From assembly GCA_964016885.1 (NCBI GenBank), contig OZ024742.1, positions 259,036,001 through 259,100,000 of the forward strand: a DNA stretch of 64,000 nucleotides, in the 5' to 3' direction. The position numbers were made by a program, and so were the translations under genes. Source of the stretch: Eledone cirrhosa. Its lineage: Eukaryota. Of this stretch, positions 1 to 14,538 are shown piece by piece. Numbering within the stretch: position 1 is the stretch's first letter; every line of letters starts with the position of its first letter. Below the pieces are notes generated by a model, which was not told where the DNA came from, ran no database searches, and saw nothing but the letters and a program-made list of their open reading frames with translations.

Positions 1-504
1 ACAGTAATTTATGTTATTGACTACAGGTGAGTCACTATCCGCCATACAGTGAAACATGTCATTTAGAACACATGTATCATTGTCATATATACAGCGATTA
101 ATGCCATTGACAACAGCTTTAAAAATCACTCTACACTGGATATTCGTATTCAACATTTCCACTGCCAACTATACAGTGAATAATATCCTTCAGCGTTCGT
201 AGGGCGAAGATTAAAATTTGATTAGTTATTCAACAGGTGGTGCTATTAGTTAATCGTGTGTTCATGACGATAAACCTTGAAAAATATAACTGATTCCTTT
301 TAATATTTAATATTATCGTCTCCATAACCAACCCTGATGTCCCTGGTGGTTGTTGTCGTATCTATCATCACCATTTACATGTGCTCAAACACCTATTCTT
401 ATGAATCAGGTATTTGAACATATATATGAGGTGAAATTGAATACTTATTTTCATTGTCTATACTAATAATTTACCTTTTACTGTTTTGCATTAATTACTC
501 CTAA

Positions 505-555
505 ATGTGTCTATTTACCTATGTGGTTATTTATTTATTTATTCTTTATTTGCAG
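505..555 (+). other. Candidate short exon (MCLFTYVVIYLFILYLQ) ending at CAG|GTAAGT, or an AG|GT recursive splice site
   Basis: tttattctttatttgCAG|GTAAGT at 538-561 is a T-rich tract plus CAG directly followed by a consensus donor; in-frame ATG at 505. Confidence 0.25.
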
Positions 556-3500
556 GTAAGTGTGTTTTCACTGTTTCTTCTTATGTCTGAAACACATAAT
601 GATGAGGTAAGTACGCAGTTGATATATACAATTGTATCCATTTTCGAATCAGTACCATTGGAAGATTCTGTGAATATATGTGATTCTTACCGGTAAGATT
701 TCCATCTATCCATCCACGGATCTTTAACGCCTAGTGGAGTCGCTGGAGACCATTGTGACGTTGGTTTTTAAACCGAACGGAGATCATCCCTCTCTATGCC
801 TCAACACAGCTGATACTTTTGAAAGAGAGAGATAGAAATAGATAGATAGATAGTGAGAGGGGGAGACTAACAGAGAACGAAAGGGAATAAGTGATAAAGC
901 ATTCTAATTATTGTTTCAAATCATATGCCCAGCGCACAAAACTGAACTTGTCTATAACATTTAAGAATAAATATTTGAACTTATCATGTAATTAAAATAT
1001 GAAATATTCTGATGACAAGCCCCAGATGAAGATAGTCTCCAATAACACTTTTGATAGCAAGCCACCTGAAACTGGCTCTAGTTGTATGATACTAAGCTGT
1101 TTACTTAACACGTCTGTAAATATATCAACACTATCATAATTTTATATGAGAACAATTCTAAAGTTATATTCGAAATACCATCTTAATAATTAGAAATTTT
1201 ATTTTACGAATCCATCAAAATTCTTAATAATTTAAAAAAGTATTTGAAATTCATGGTATTGAAATAGTTAAAACATCAATTTCAGTCAACACATTTTGTT
1301 CGGTTTCAATTACTAATGGGGTAGACGTCATATAAATGCCACAGTTCTCATTACTCGTTTTGCACTTCTTACCCAATAAAACAGATTATTTCATAGATTC
1401 AACACAGTCACGTATATTTAATGTTTGCATCTGAGAAATATCTACGGTGTTTCTAACTGTCTCACATTTCTCCTACAATTTCTGAACAGAATATTGTTAC
1501 TTTATACATATGACATTTATCTTAGAAAAGGTTATCCGTGCTAACAGTATTCAATATCAGCACACCATTCACGGTAAACGTGGTGAAATCGATTGATAGT
1601 ATGTTCCTACGTGTGTGTGCCTCTTTACAATATGCGTGTAACAGTTTCTTTCTCGCTCTGGTTTGATGACGAATTAATATATATAAATATTTAGTGTTTT
1701 TCGAATGTACATTCTTCTATAAATATACACCGTTTACAATAAAAAGTTATGACTGCGCATTGGCAGAGGCTTTGGAACTTCGGCTAGGATGTTTTATGTT
1801 ATACGTTCCAGCTTTATTTTCAAATCCTATTGAGGTTAACTTTGCCTTTATTAATTTCAAAGCCGATGACGGAAGTACGATTCCAATAATTAGCAGATCC
1901 ATATTCCATCTAGTTTTCTGAAAAATATAGGTTATGTTTATGCATGCAAAGAGATGAGCTTCCGACTTAAGTGTCCAAGATATGCTGTGTGTTATGACGA
2001 CGCTTCTAGAACAATATGAGGACTTCAGCGTAAAAACAGTGTTGACGGATTGATAAAAGACTGACATTTTAAAATGTTTTTGTGTCATCGTTTCTTTTCT
2101 GGTGACACAGTTTATTGGGTGTATTTTGTGTGGTATCTAAAATATGCAAACTAATCCCTGAATGTGTTAACATGACTTTAACAAGCATGTTAATGTGACT
2201 CCGTACATGTTGGTGAAAGACGATCCAGCCATGAACATCTCAAATTTTAGTCAGACAAAGTATATATTCCACTGATTATCGTGAATGCTTTCAGATGGGA
2301 AGGAGTAATCTGAAAGATTTGGTTTCTACTACTAACAGATTGTGCACTCACAGAGAAACTGCTTCTTTGCTGGCAAAATTGAGTTGTGTGTGTAGTTATA
2401 GGAGCAATTATTGCCACACACACCGTGAAAGGTTGAAGACCCTGAGAACACCTGAGAACAGAGTTAAGGATACACTTGTCTGTGAAATGATCAACTACTT
2501 GCTCGTTAATTTTATGAGCAGTCTGTTCATTTGGAACAAACATAAGATCAACATTTTATAATCATATTACTACGATATACTTTCAACAAATATACTTGTG
2601 CGTAATACACGCACATGTGTATCGTAGGAGAGGTTACACAGTTAATTTTGCAATCATCATGACCCATTACCGATTTTCTTGCGTCGAATCCTCGACTACT
2701 TTTCACCATAGCTTCAAATCGAATCATGTCATGTAAGCAAATGTAGGTAGCGAGAACCCAAATCTGCGTTAATTTCATAAGCAGTCTGTTACTTTTGTCA
2801 AATAATTTGAACAATCATCGAAAGCGAAGCAAGACCATTCCTATATAATGTCAATCTAAGTCTTTGAAAACTAAATTAATGACACCTTTACAACAGAAAT
2901 GTTTATTTGTTTGAATGTGAAACGAAACCGTCTAGTTGATTTATCTCTCTTTATAGAGTAAATTCTCCACAGAAACAACATTGAGAACAAATTTAACAGC
3001 GTTTATTCAGTTTATTTAACTACAATAACTTCCATTATACGGCGTCTTCGAGGCGGGCAACGTTTCATTAAATAACCGATGTCTTTTATATTATGGCCTT
3101 TGTAGTCGACGCAATTTAATTATCAAAGAATCGCTTTGAAATACTCTATTTCTAATATAGGAAAAACTTTTTTTAAATCGTGTATTTCATTTGGTTTAAT
3201 TCAAGTTTCTGCTAATATGGAAATCTCACTACATGTCTGAAATGTTATCCTTTAGTTTTCACTACTTTAGTTTTCACTGCGATTTTTCTTTGTTAGCTAA
3301 ATATTGTTTAGAATTTCATTATATAGAAATTATTTAATTTTCGGCAGTTATGTAGTTCGTGTTTGTTCTTCTTTCCCTTGACACTGTTAAACGTAGAAGC
3401 CCATGCTCGGAATCTTCAGCGAAACGAGCGATTTTTTTTTTTTTTTCATTATTTCAAAGATACAAGGTGGATGATATAAATGTCTTCGACTGAAAAGTTT

Positions 3501-3679
3501 GTACTGCAATTTAAAAGATTGTATTTTTCAAGCGGAAGTGTTGACAACTCTGAGTGGCAATGTATCATGCACATATATGGGAATGCACTTCCGTTACTTT
3601 CAATTACTTCCGTTACTTTCAATGCTGATTGTGCTATTCTAGCTTTTTAATCTGCCTACTTATAAAACTAATATGCATG

Positions 3680-3905
3680 TGACAGAGCATTTAGAGGATA
3701 TGTGCGCAGTTAATGTAATTGTCAGTGAGATTCAGCGTGAGGTAGTGTGAGACACGGCTGGTGTTTTGATATACAGGAACAATCTATTTGAAGGGCTTCC
3801 AAACAGTTTCACTGACAAGGCGTGGGTCGAACAAAGTGTATGGGAAACTATGCCCAAGGTGCCAGGTAGTGCGATCGAACCCGGGACCTATCAATCGTGA
3901 AATAT
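3680..3905 (-). mobile_element. Diverged SINE, family 2
   Basis: gagattcagcgtga...ggctgg...tacagg and cgatcgaacccgggacc (B-box-like on the minus strand); similar to the copies at 10.5 kb and 31.9 kb. Confidence 0.6.
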
Positions 3906-5043
3906 TTACCCATGCTACATTCAGATTTACTATATGTCCTCGTTTATCTACGTTTTTCTATGAAAATACCTCGGGAGAAACTACCTACATTCAAATGCAT
4001 GGCTAATATTTTTTGTAAAATGGATGCTAGCTTTATAAATATCTTACCAGTATAAAAACTGATAATAAGTAACAACGTTCAATTTTCGGCATCATTTACA
4101 AAACTTTATTTCAAATTATGTGGTACATTTTAAATGTGCGGGGAAATTGAAGTGTGAAATATGTACCTGTGTATACAGCATACAAATATATATATATATA
4201 TTTTATATATTTTTGAAGAAATTAGTATCTGTTCAGAATCTTATAATTAAATACTATACATAATTAAAATCTTACCGGCAAGAATAACTACCCAAGTCAT
4301 GCAATGAAGTCAAAATATAATCGTTCGAGGGAAGTGGGTAAATGTCTAAATTATACCACATATGCTGTGACACATTCAAAACTTCGGCCACAAACTAATT
4401 CGCCCACTAACCCACACACGGCCACTCGTAATGCAGAGGGCGGAAGATATACAAATACCGGAACTCGACCGATCCCATCTGTTTCGTACTGGTCATTTGT
4501 TTCCTTCGGTCCACCAGCTTTTCCTCCGCAAATCTCGTTTGTGAGGAGACGTGTGAGGTCGAATGACTTATGCGGCAGATGTTTCTGGCTGTTCCTATGC
4601 TGTGATGTTTTCATCCTCTTGCCTATGGAATGCAGCTGGGATATATTACCCAAACAGAGTAAAAGCGTTGTCCCTCCTTTCACTATTCCTCATATTCATG
4701 ATTTAATTTTTTTTTCCAAACTTTTTTCTCTCTTTTTCTTCCTTCCTATTAATGAAATTAAAAATTAAAAACGTACTTTCTATATTGAATATAATTTCTT
4801 TATTAAATATGATTTATAAACTAGTTTCTATATTGAACACAAATAATGTAGTAAATATGATTTATGAAAATTCTCCATTCAGAAGTTTAGTTAGTCGAAT
4901 AACAGACTTAACGTTCTCAAATGCGAAGGAGAACCCATTATTCATTTGATATTAGGAAACCAATACAATAATCCACCTTGATATACGTGGCATAACAAAT
5001 ATCGAGATTCGGCTGTTATTTCTATATGTATGTATAAATAACT

Positions 5044-5075
<32 letters not shown>

Positions 5076-5257
5076 GGTGAGGATGTACAAGTATACATAA
5101 ATTCCTCAGGGCTAAGCATATGCTCAATTCAAAACACCACTCTTCTAGATATCTAATAAGTTGTCATAGCCATTGTTTCGGCTGAAAACACTGATAGTTG
5201 TTTCATCCATACACACACATGCACCCACACACTCACTCACTATATATATATAAATAT

Positions 5258-5350
<93 letters not shown>

Positions 5351-5689
5351 GTGTATGGTGGCTGCCAACTCGTTTTCGAGTACAGCCACTACTTTATATC
5401 CATGTAGGAGAACCCCTACCGATACGCTGAACGAGTGTGACTTTTTAGTCCAGCCAGAGACTTGTCAACTGGTACAAACACTACACTTGTGACAATTATT
5501 GACACATAGTGCTGGGCCCATGGTACCATGTGACGACAAGTGCAGAGAGATCTCCAGATATAAAGCAATGCCTGTGTCGTGAAGCTTTTATAGTGAGCAA
5601 AGGCACTGCACAAAGCCAGTCCCACTCTCTTAACCAAGATGATATTTACCAAAAAGAAGAACAAGTCAACATCATTGTAAACCATCAGG

Positions 5690-5961
5690 GTTGCAGGTGT
5701 TATATCAGAGTTTTCCTTCTCCTATAATTCTGCCTTGACAAAGGCTAAGGAGTCATCTCTCCCGGTGATTCTGGATGGCCATTGACTCTTAAGAGCTCCT
5801 TTGCCCTTTGACAGGTTTTGTTTTTAGTCCTGCAGGATGTCCAAAGTCACCCTCCCCACCAAGAAACCTTGGTAGGGTTGCCAGTTTAGTCGCCAACGAC
5901 CCGACCATGGGACAGGTTGTACTGGGATACATGTTACCAGTAGCACCAACTGGTGACCTGA

Positions 5962-5962
<1 letters not shown>
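5690..5962 (-). mobile_element. Probable RTE-type retroelement 5' UTR fragment
   Basis: Minus strand carries ...taggagaaggaaaactctga..., which I recall from RTE-associated UTRs; GC-richer than its flanks and abuts a microsatellite. Confidence 0.4.
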
Positions 5963-6822
<860 letters not shown>

Positions 6823-7049
6823 AGAATACAGTATCGATTTATACATACAAAACATATGTGCAGCTATTTAGGTGCACATGAGTTGGAATAATTACCCTTA
6901 CTTGATTAACTTCATTTAATTACTACTCTTCTCTCCAATCCTCTGCTTCCACCCCAGAGCAACTTTACCAATTGATCATTAGGGAGAGTCTTATGGGAAA
7001 TTAAAATGTTCAACAACGAGAAAATGAACTTTAGAACTTGAGTCCAACT

Positions 7050-7270
7050 GGCTGAGGTAACACATTGAACCATAAAATAATTCTCAAGCTCATTCAGCAT
7101 GCGTCAATATTGGGTCTTTCAATAAATTTACAAATCATACTCTGTCAGTTGACAATACTGGACTGGAAACACATGAAATAAAGTGTCTTACTCACGGTCA
7201 CATTTTACCATGGGAATCCAAAACAACCATACGATCGTTATCCACACACTCTAACTACTAACTCACATGC
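7050..7270 (-). mobile_element. Diverged SINE, family 2
   Basis: ggactggaaacacatgaaataaagtgtcttactca core matches 32052-32090. Confidence 0.6.
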
Positions 7271-8199
7271 CTTCATAAGTTCCCTATATACACCTCTGAC
7301 CAACTCAAGTCTTTTCCCTCCACCGTCAATTATTTCTGCCTCCATTCTCTCACCCCTGATTCTTCCATTAACCTTCTTTCCTTACTATTTCAATTGACGT
7401 CAGCAACCTCATATTTCATTCTCTCCAAATCTTTACATTCTGTTCTTCTTCACCTGTGAATTCCCGATTGTGTCGTACGGATAAAGTAGTGATATGCTCT
7501 GTAACTTGACAATTTGAACCTGGTGGATCATATCCCGCACCACATCAGAACACAATCGATAACTTTCAGAGAGGGGGGGGGGGGGTGAACATACTTACAA
7601 AGGAGGAATCAACCTCTTCACTAAACTGCTATGTTATGTATTGCCCTCTAAATGATAGAATGTAAAATTGACATTGGCGGGTTTTGAACCAAAAGTGTGA
7701 AGCATTCTATTCAGCTATTTAAAACCTTAGCCAATTCATCACCTTTCAACGACTCGACTGGTTTTATTATCTAGCTGGATAGATAAATTTAAAAGATTTA
7801 AATAAACACAGACATTAACACACAGACACACATACTAATACGCACGCGAGCTCTGTCATACATACACATGATCGTTAGATTGTAACGAGGGATCACTGTT
7901 TCCGTTGATATTTTCATTGAGGATACTCTCTGCCGTGTGCAAATCCTAGAATCCAAAGGTTGAATTTGAACTGGATATGGACAGAAATATATCAGATATT
8001 GACACATTAACAATTCCACTAATCTTCCGAACCTGGAACAGTACTTTATTTATTGAACCAAATAGATAATTCGCAGAATTCACCTCGGCAAGACTTATAT
8101 TCAGAGTGCAATAAGCCTGAGAAATACAATCTACATAACGAGCACACTTACAACTCTACAATAACATTGTAAACCAGGGTTAGTATATTCGCCTTCGGC

Positions 8200-8551
8200 A
8201 GGGCGGTGGATTGGCAGTATAGGTGGAGGGTCGGGTGCCATGCTTTGTATCATAGAGTTAGGCCCTTTATGACCTGAGTTCAAATCCCGCTGAGGTTAAC
8301 TTTTCCTTTCATCCTTGTAGGATCGATAAAATAAAGTACCACTCACTCACTGTGGTCGATTTAATCGACTTTCCCCTACTCCCCAATTGGTGGTCTTGCG
8401 CCTATATAAGAAAGCCTTATTTCGTGCCTATATAAGAAACCATTATTTTGTGCCTATATAAGAAAGCCTTATTTCGTGCCTATATAAGAAACCATTATTT
8501 TGTGCCTATATAAGAAACCATTATTTTGTGCCTATATAAGAAACCATTATT
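8200..8551 (+). mobile_element. SINE family 1 with a tandemly reiterated 3' end and 12-bp TSD
   Basis: ggcggtggattggcag...gagttcaaatcccgc...tttcatcc...gataaaataaagtacc; TSD ttcgccttcggc at 8188-8199 and 8552-8563. Confidence 0.9.
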
Positions 8552-8553
8552 TT
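8400..8553 (+). repeat. Six tandem 26-bp units (gcctatataagaaaccattattttgt and a variant)
   Basis: Units start at 8400, 8426, 8452, 8478, 8504 and 8530. Confidence 0.95.
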
Positions 8554-8560
8554 CGCCTTC

Positions 8561-8760
8561 GGCGATGAAATAGCAGGTTAAGAAGGGCAACAAACATAGG
8601 ATACCGGGATTTTGTTCTGACACATAGCGCTCTGAGTTCAAACCTTACTGATGTCTTATTTCTCTTTCATCTTTTCATGATCCGTGTTAATCAAGAACTA
8701 AGGTCTATATATACAGTACCCCCCTTCCCACACACCCTTGTTCCTAAATTAGAAATAAAT
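8561..8760 (+). mobile_element. Older, diverged SINE family 1 copy
   Basis: ggcgatgaaatagcagg...ctgagttcaaa...tctttcatc...ccttgttcctaaattagaaa. Confidence 0.6.
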
Positions 8761-8890
8761 ATGTTCGTCTATTTTTCTTGTTGTTTCGTTCCGATGAATC
8801 ACTTACTCCCAAAAAGTTAATTCTGAGAGTTCACCTAATAACAATAATTTGTATATTTCGATTTCTTATCGGTATACATGTTTCCTTACT

Positions 8891-9070
8891 CGGCAGTATC
8901 GGTAGAGGGTCGGATGCCATGCTTTCCAGCATAGTTACATCCCTTTATGATCTGAGTTCAAATCCCGCCGAGGTTGACTTTGCCTTTCATCCTTACGGTG
9001 TCGATAAAATAAAGTACCAGTAATGTACTGGTGGATTGCTGGCCTTGTGCCAAACGTAGAAGCAATTACT
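8891..9070 (+). mobile_element. SINE family 1
   Basis: ggcagtatcggtagagggtcgg...cgccgaggttgactttgcctttcatccttacgg...ggccttgtgccaaa. Confidence 0.92.
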
Positions 9071-9074
9071 CATA

Positions 9075-9080
9075 CCTATG

Positions 9081-9114
<34 letters not shown>

Positions 9115-9245
9115 CATATATATATGTATATACATATATATATATATAAGTATGTATAATTATATATATATATACATGTATGTATAAGTATATATACACA
9201 CATAAGTATATATATACTTATACATGTATGTATAAGTGTATATAT

Positions 9246-9322
<77 letters not shown>

Positions 9323-9329
9323 TACATGC

Positions 9330-9360
<31 letters not shown>

Positions 9361-9480
9361 CATAGTTATGAGTAATGAAACATATATACCGATAAGAAAT
9401 CGAAATATACAAATTATATATATATATATATATATATTGAAAGTATATACGTATGTATATATTTATGCATACATACGTAT
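9075..9480. repeat. (CA)n/(TA)n/(TG)n microsatellite cluster
   Basis: Directly visible. Confidence 0.95.
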
Positions 9481-9739
9481 TTGTGTCTTTACCTGATAAA
9501 AAGTACAACTCTCCCGCTTCTCTCCACTTATTTCCCCTCTCGATGTCTCTATATATCTATGTTATGTATGTCTGAGACTATAAATAACGAACAATTTCAT
9601 TGTTATACAATCAAGCTCTGCTCTCATCTACTTCAATACGGGAATAATAATACCGCTCTCCCCCGTTGTCACTCTTCTCCCCACTTTTCTCCATTTTGTC
9701 TTCATAAAGTTGCTTGCTATATTTTCTATTTATACTGCT

Positions 9740-10000
9740 ATAATAATGATGAGGATAATCGTGATGCTCATGATGATGTTTGCAATGCTGCAGATCTTAA
9801 TGGTGATGATGTGAGCCATGATTGAAATGCTGTTGTTGATGATGATAATGATGATGATGATGGTGTTGGTGATCGTATCGATGATGATGATGACAATGAT
9901 GTTGTTGATGATAATGATGATGATTATCAGTATGAAAAACATGATGGTAATGAAGGAGGGGGGGGTGATGATGATGATGATGCTGATGATGATGATGATA
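9740..10000. repeat. Degenerate (GAT)n trinucleotide repeat
   Basis: gatgatgat runs with gtt/ggt/aat variants. Confidence 0.92.
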
Positions 10001-10186
10001 TTTTGTGTAATCGATATATTGACGGCAGCCCGACCCTAGCTTCACTTGGAAGTCAGACAATTATAGTTAGTCTGTTATCGAGATGACAATAATCACAATT
10101 ACGACTTCGACCTCACCCTGGTAAACTGTTCCTAAAATACATACAGAAATACAGATATGTACATATATGTAGGTATATATAGCACA

Positions 10187-10310
<124 letters not shown>

Positions 10311-10534
10311 CCTATATATATATGTATATATATATATTACTAATAAAATTGAGGGATCCTGCAATAGAAGGAGTAGTATTAGTAGCAGTAGGAGTAGGAG
10401 TACTTTTTAACAATATTATTTTTGGCGTGTAATTACACGCTTTTTTGTCGGCAATAAAAAATTCTGTTGATTTTTTTTAGTCCCAGAATAACTCCGACCA
10501 TGAAGAAATTATATCAGAGGAGTTTCATTAACAT

Positions 10535-10795
10535 GTAAGTGGCTAAACATACTACAGACACGTGTACCACCTAACATAATTCTCGGTAGTAGTTAGTGTG
10601 CCAGAGAGTCTGCCCAGTTTGACCCTTTCATTTACAGGTGAAGTCCATCGAACGGGTTTACAAACAATAACCGTCAACCCTATATCAGTTCAAATTATTT
10701 CCAGCTGAGTGAAAAGAAGCAACCTGAAATGACACATCACTCAGACTTATAATTGAACATGATTATATGATCCTAAGCCAACGTTGTGAACCATT
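10535..10795 (-). mobile_element. Diverged SINE, family 2
   Basis: acagacacgtgtacc...tacagg...ccagctgagtg...tgaaat. Confidence 0.6.
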
Positions 10796-10921
10796 AACAT
10801 TCCGTTTCCTTATAGGTGTATAAACCTGCAGGCTAAACCCTGTGGAAATTCCACGATTCAATCAGAAACAACTACCAAATATGAAGAATTAACATCGCGT
10901 TTGAATGTTTTATTTATAACT

Positions 10922-10965
<44 letters not shown>

Positions 10966-13900
10966 CCAGCTCCATTCCCATGTGAACGACCTTTTATACG
11001 AAGTATACAACAGCTTGATATAATAGAAATGTATCGGAAAGTTTAAAGAATGTATAAAAATGTAAAATATTAATGCACGGGTTTGAAACTGATATGAGTT
11101 TTACTATTGAAATTTACTTTAGTCACAATACGAAACCATTTAGCTGCAGCAAAACTGGTTTTGTTTCAAATGAAGAGAAGAAAGTGTAGCACTTTTAAAA
11201 ATTATATAGTTTCTCTATGGAAATCAGCCAAGTTATCTTAAATATTATCTATCGTCGTTGCCATATCGATCAAACTCATATCAGCGTAGTTCAATTACAG
11301 CGATTCGGTCGTGCATTTAATAATATAGTGAAGTTACAAATCATTTTTTTTGTTCACCTTAACTTATGTTCTCATATATTTTCACATGAATGTATGCATT
11401 TCTGTGTTATGTACGTTAATGCATATATACATGTATGTATAGATTATTATTATCATTGCTGAACAATCATAGTCGTTTAGGAGAACCCACACAATCCGGG
11501 ACGTTATGAGTTTTCAGTGGGTGAATTAGTATGAGATGAGAAAGTCTACTCCAGTTAAAACTGGAACATCTGGAAATGATTCCATACATCATCTATATTC
11601 CGAACCGAGTGGATGTGCATGTAGCGCTGAAGGGCAGGAGGCCCAGTGGCTGGTCTTCGTGCGCTACAAACCACCTGAGAGCCTTCCACTCTCAACAGAA
11701 CACGTAGAAGTAGAGCTCCTCAACTGTACTAGCAACATCATGCCACAACTTCATCAGCAGTAGCAGCAAGCCCAATGACAATAAAAACAACTGCAAAAGC
11801 ATCTATGACAAGAAGAGAAACAATGGGAATACTTAGAAGGAAAACAGAATCAGATGCGGCGGCAACATAAGCAATTAACACATGAGCACCAACTTCATCA
11901 ATATGAGCAAAAAAAGCATCGGGGAGATCTCCCATATTTACTCCCTCAGGCTTCACCTCTGTATCTACATTACATCTTGCAAACACAGAAATGCAGCAAT
12001 AATCCTGCCATTGACTGGATAAGAATTTTTCGACACGGAAATATCGTTATGGGGTGAGGAAAGGGTACGACAAAAACTAAATAAAGACCAAAATAAAATT
12101 TGATAAAAAGTTAGAATAAAATATGCCCACGTAACCAAACATAAACCCATGATTTTATCACGAAATCCATATCTACGCCCGTAATAACAACAGTAACAAT
12201 ACGAAAGCAACCATATACACAAGTCTATCTACAAAATCTACAAAAGTACACCGAACATTGTGCTAATAAGGGACGGAAACAAAAACTGATGTTGTTCATA
12301 GCACGAAATATAACCAGGACAGGTAAAGTGTAAAAGAAAAATGAAAATATAAGATTGCTAATTCCATTTCATAACATAATGAGAGAGATGTTTCCACATG
12401 ATACTCAAAACTACGACGTTACGGTCACCTGTTAGATCTTATTAGGTTTCTCCAGAGATCCCCCGATAGACAGACATGGAGACCGAGACACAGGATCACC
12501 AACAGTATCAAAAGAGTAAATTAACTATTTTTTCCCTCTTTACCACCGATTTGATACCTGTAAGATTTGGTTGTACAAACATATGTATACTGACATCGCC
12601 CTACAAACAAGTTCGCTTGCTCAATGTCCCCAAATCTCAAACTTTGAATTTAACCGCCATCAGCAACAATATCATTTCTGACACACGTCCGCTGGCATTT
12701 TTTGAGGATTTGTAATCTATGCATTACTTAGTTGGCCTTGAAATTGAAGTGAAGTAGCAGTGTTGTTTCAGGAAAAATCTGGAACTTGATGTACGGTCGA
12801 CTTTCAAGAGCCCAAACGGTACGTTTGTGATACTAGACGTAAGCAGCAGCAGCAGCGCATATGTTGCTTTTAGAGTATTGGCTATATATATCTGGACAGG
12901 TGTAGAGCGTTCAGTATTCTTCCGATGTCTGGAAAACAAAGAGTTATTACTCGGAAAGTTTCAGATTAAAAGATCCTTAACTGTGTTTAACAGTGTCGAA
13001 TAAAATAGAATTAAAAGAAATAAATATGTATCTAAATCTCATGATAGCTAGGTAAATTTTGTAATGATTGAGCCATGTTGGTTTTCAATATAGTCTAGTG
13101 TTGAATCAGTTTATTTCTTGACTATACTATCAAGGAATGTATTCATCCGATGTGAATCACGGCAATTAACTTTGCATCGAATTAGTTAGTCATCTCAGCA
13201 GCGAACTCAGCTTAAATAATTTTCAAAGGAACATAGTAATTCACTACTGTTAAAGAATCTACTATTATATTTTGGCTTCATTTACTGACTTTGATAGTAA
13301 TTCCTCCCGGTAATATTTTTATTATTTTTAACCTTTTAACTATGAGAATCTGAACCAATTGTAATTTGTTCAAGACATATATGTGTATGTCATATATGCA
13401 GACTTCAGTTTCCCACAACATTTGCACAGTACATGTTTTGAAATATAATTTTGTATGTTATGTCTAGACTTAGTAGTGGCCATCGCTAGCTCCTCCATCA
13501 CGAATGTTGTTACTTTTGCATTATTATCTGGAGTGGGAATTTGAATGCTGGTCAGATATTTATAAAGGGAACATCCATTTTACGAGAATATTAGCCGTGT
13601 ATTTGCGTGTATGTGGCTAGTTTTCAAATCGTGTTTTTGCAAATAAATGTTTGACATATACTCGAGTATATAAAGTGTATGTGGAGGCGCCATTTACGAT
13701 ATTTGTCGATCCACGTAATGTTGTTAGTGAAAGGTTGCATACGAAAAAGTTTCGAAACACTTCAGGCGGACATTTCCTGTAATTCATAGAACCATCCTTG
13801 CTGCACACTACGTCGAATCTCCCTGAAAATTACATTCCACTACACATGCCTGGAATGTTTAAACAGTTTCACATTAATTTCATTGCAAGGCTGTTCGTTA

Positions 13901-14357
13901 ATTGAGCAACTAGACCACTCATCATTGCCAACGATTGATATCCATTCCTTTCCATAATATCATTTCATGAGGCTATTTTACAATGTAGTTTGAGTCAGTG
14001 TTCATGTATTATCATTGTGGGTGTTTTCAGTTTCCTCACTTACATTACTGAATATCTGCCCAATAACCGTCCGTGCTTACGTAATGCGCCAAGTAGGTAA
14101 TCCCAGAAAAATAATTCTTTGTTTTAGTGGTACTGCATATAATTTTAGCTTTATGTTTGAAACAGGTGTCAGAACCTGGGATTATCTTTAAGTTTTTTTC
14201 TTTTTTTACATTACTCTAGTTTTCATTCCTGTACTTTTAATTTTACATTATACCTAATATACTTCGAACTACTGTTTGTATTGTGTCAGTGTCAGATATT
14301 GGAGGATTCACTCTCATAGACATTGTCAGTTCTCGATATTTCTTCAAACTATTATTA

Positions 14358-14538
14358 TGGATTGGCAGTATCGGTAGAGGGTCGGACGCCATGCTTAGCA
14401 GCAAAGAGTTATGGCCCTTTATGGTCCAAATTCAAATCTCGCCGAGGTTAACTTTGCCTTTCATCCTTACGGGGTCAATAAAATAAAGTACCGGGATAAT
14501 TGCTGACCTTGTGCCAAAAGTAGAAACAATTATTATTA
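14358..14538 (+). mobile_element. SINE family 1
   Basis: Same head, core and tail as the 8891 copy; ends aaacaattattatt. Confidence 0.92.

Noticed and set aside
1005-1090. CTGATGA...GAAAC hammerhead-like motif
   Set aside because: Stem II has no closing pair and stem I pairs poorly.
1700-2820. Possible hAT transposase remnants (LFSNP, LVSTT-like; also 12720-12940)
   Set aside because: Motifs too short and degraded to support without a profile search.
3587-3623. 19-bp direct duplication acttccgttactttcaatt
   Set aside because: A two-copy local slippage with nothing inserted between the copies.
4304-4768. Overlapping 154-aa and 110-aa ORFs in a GC-richer patch
   Set aside because: No recognisable domain or convincing splice structure.
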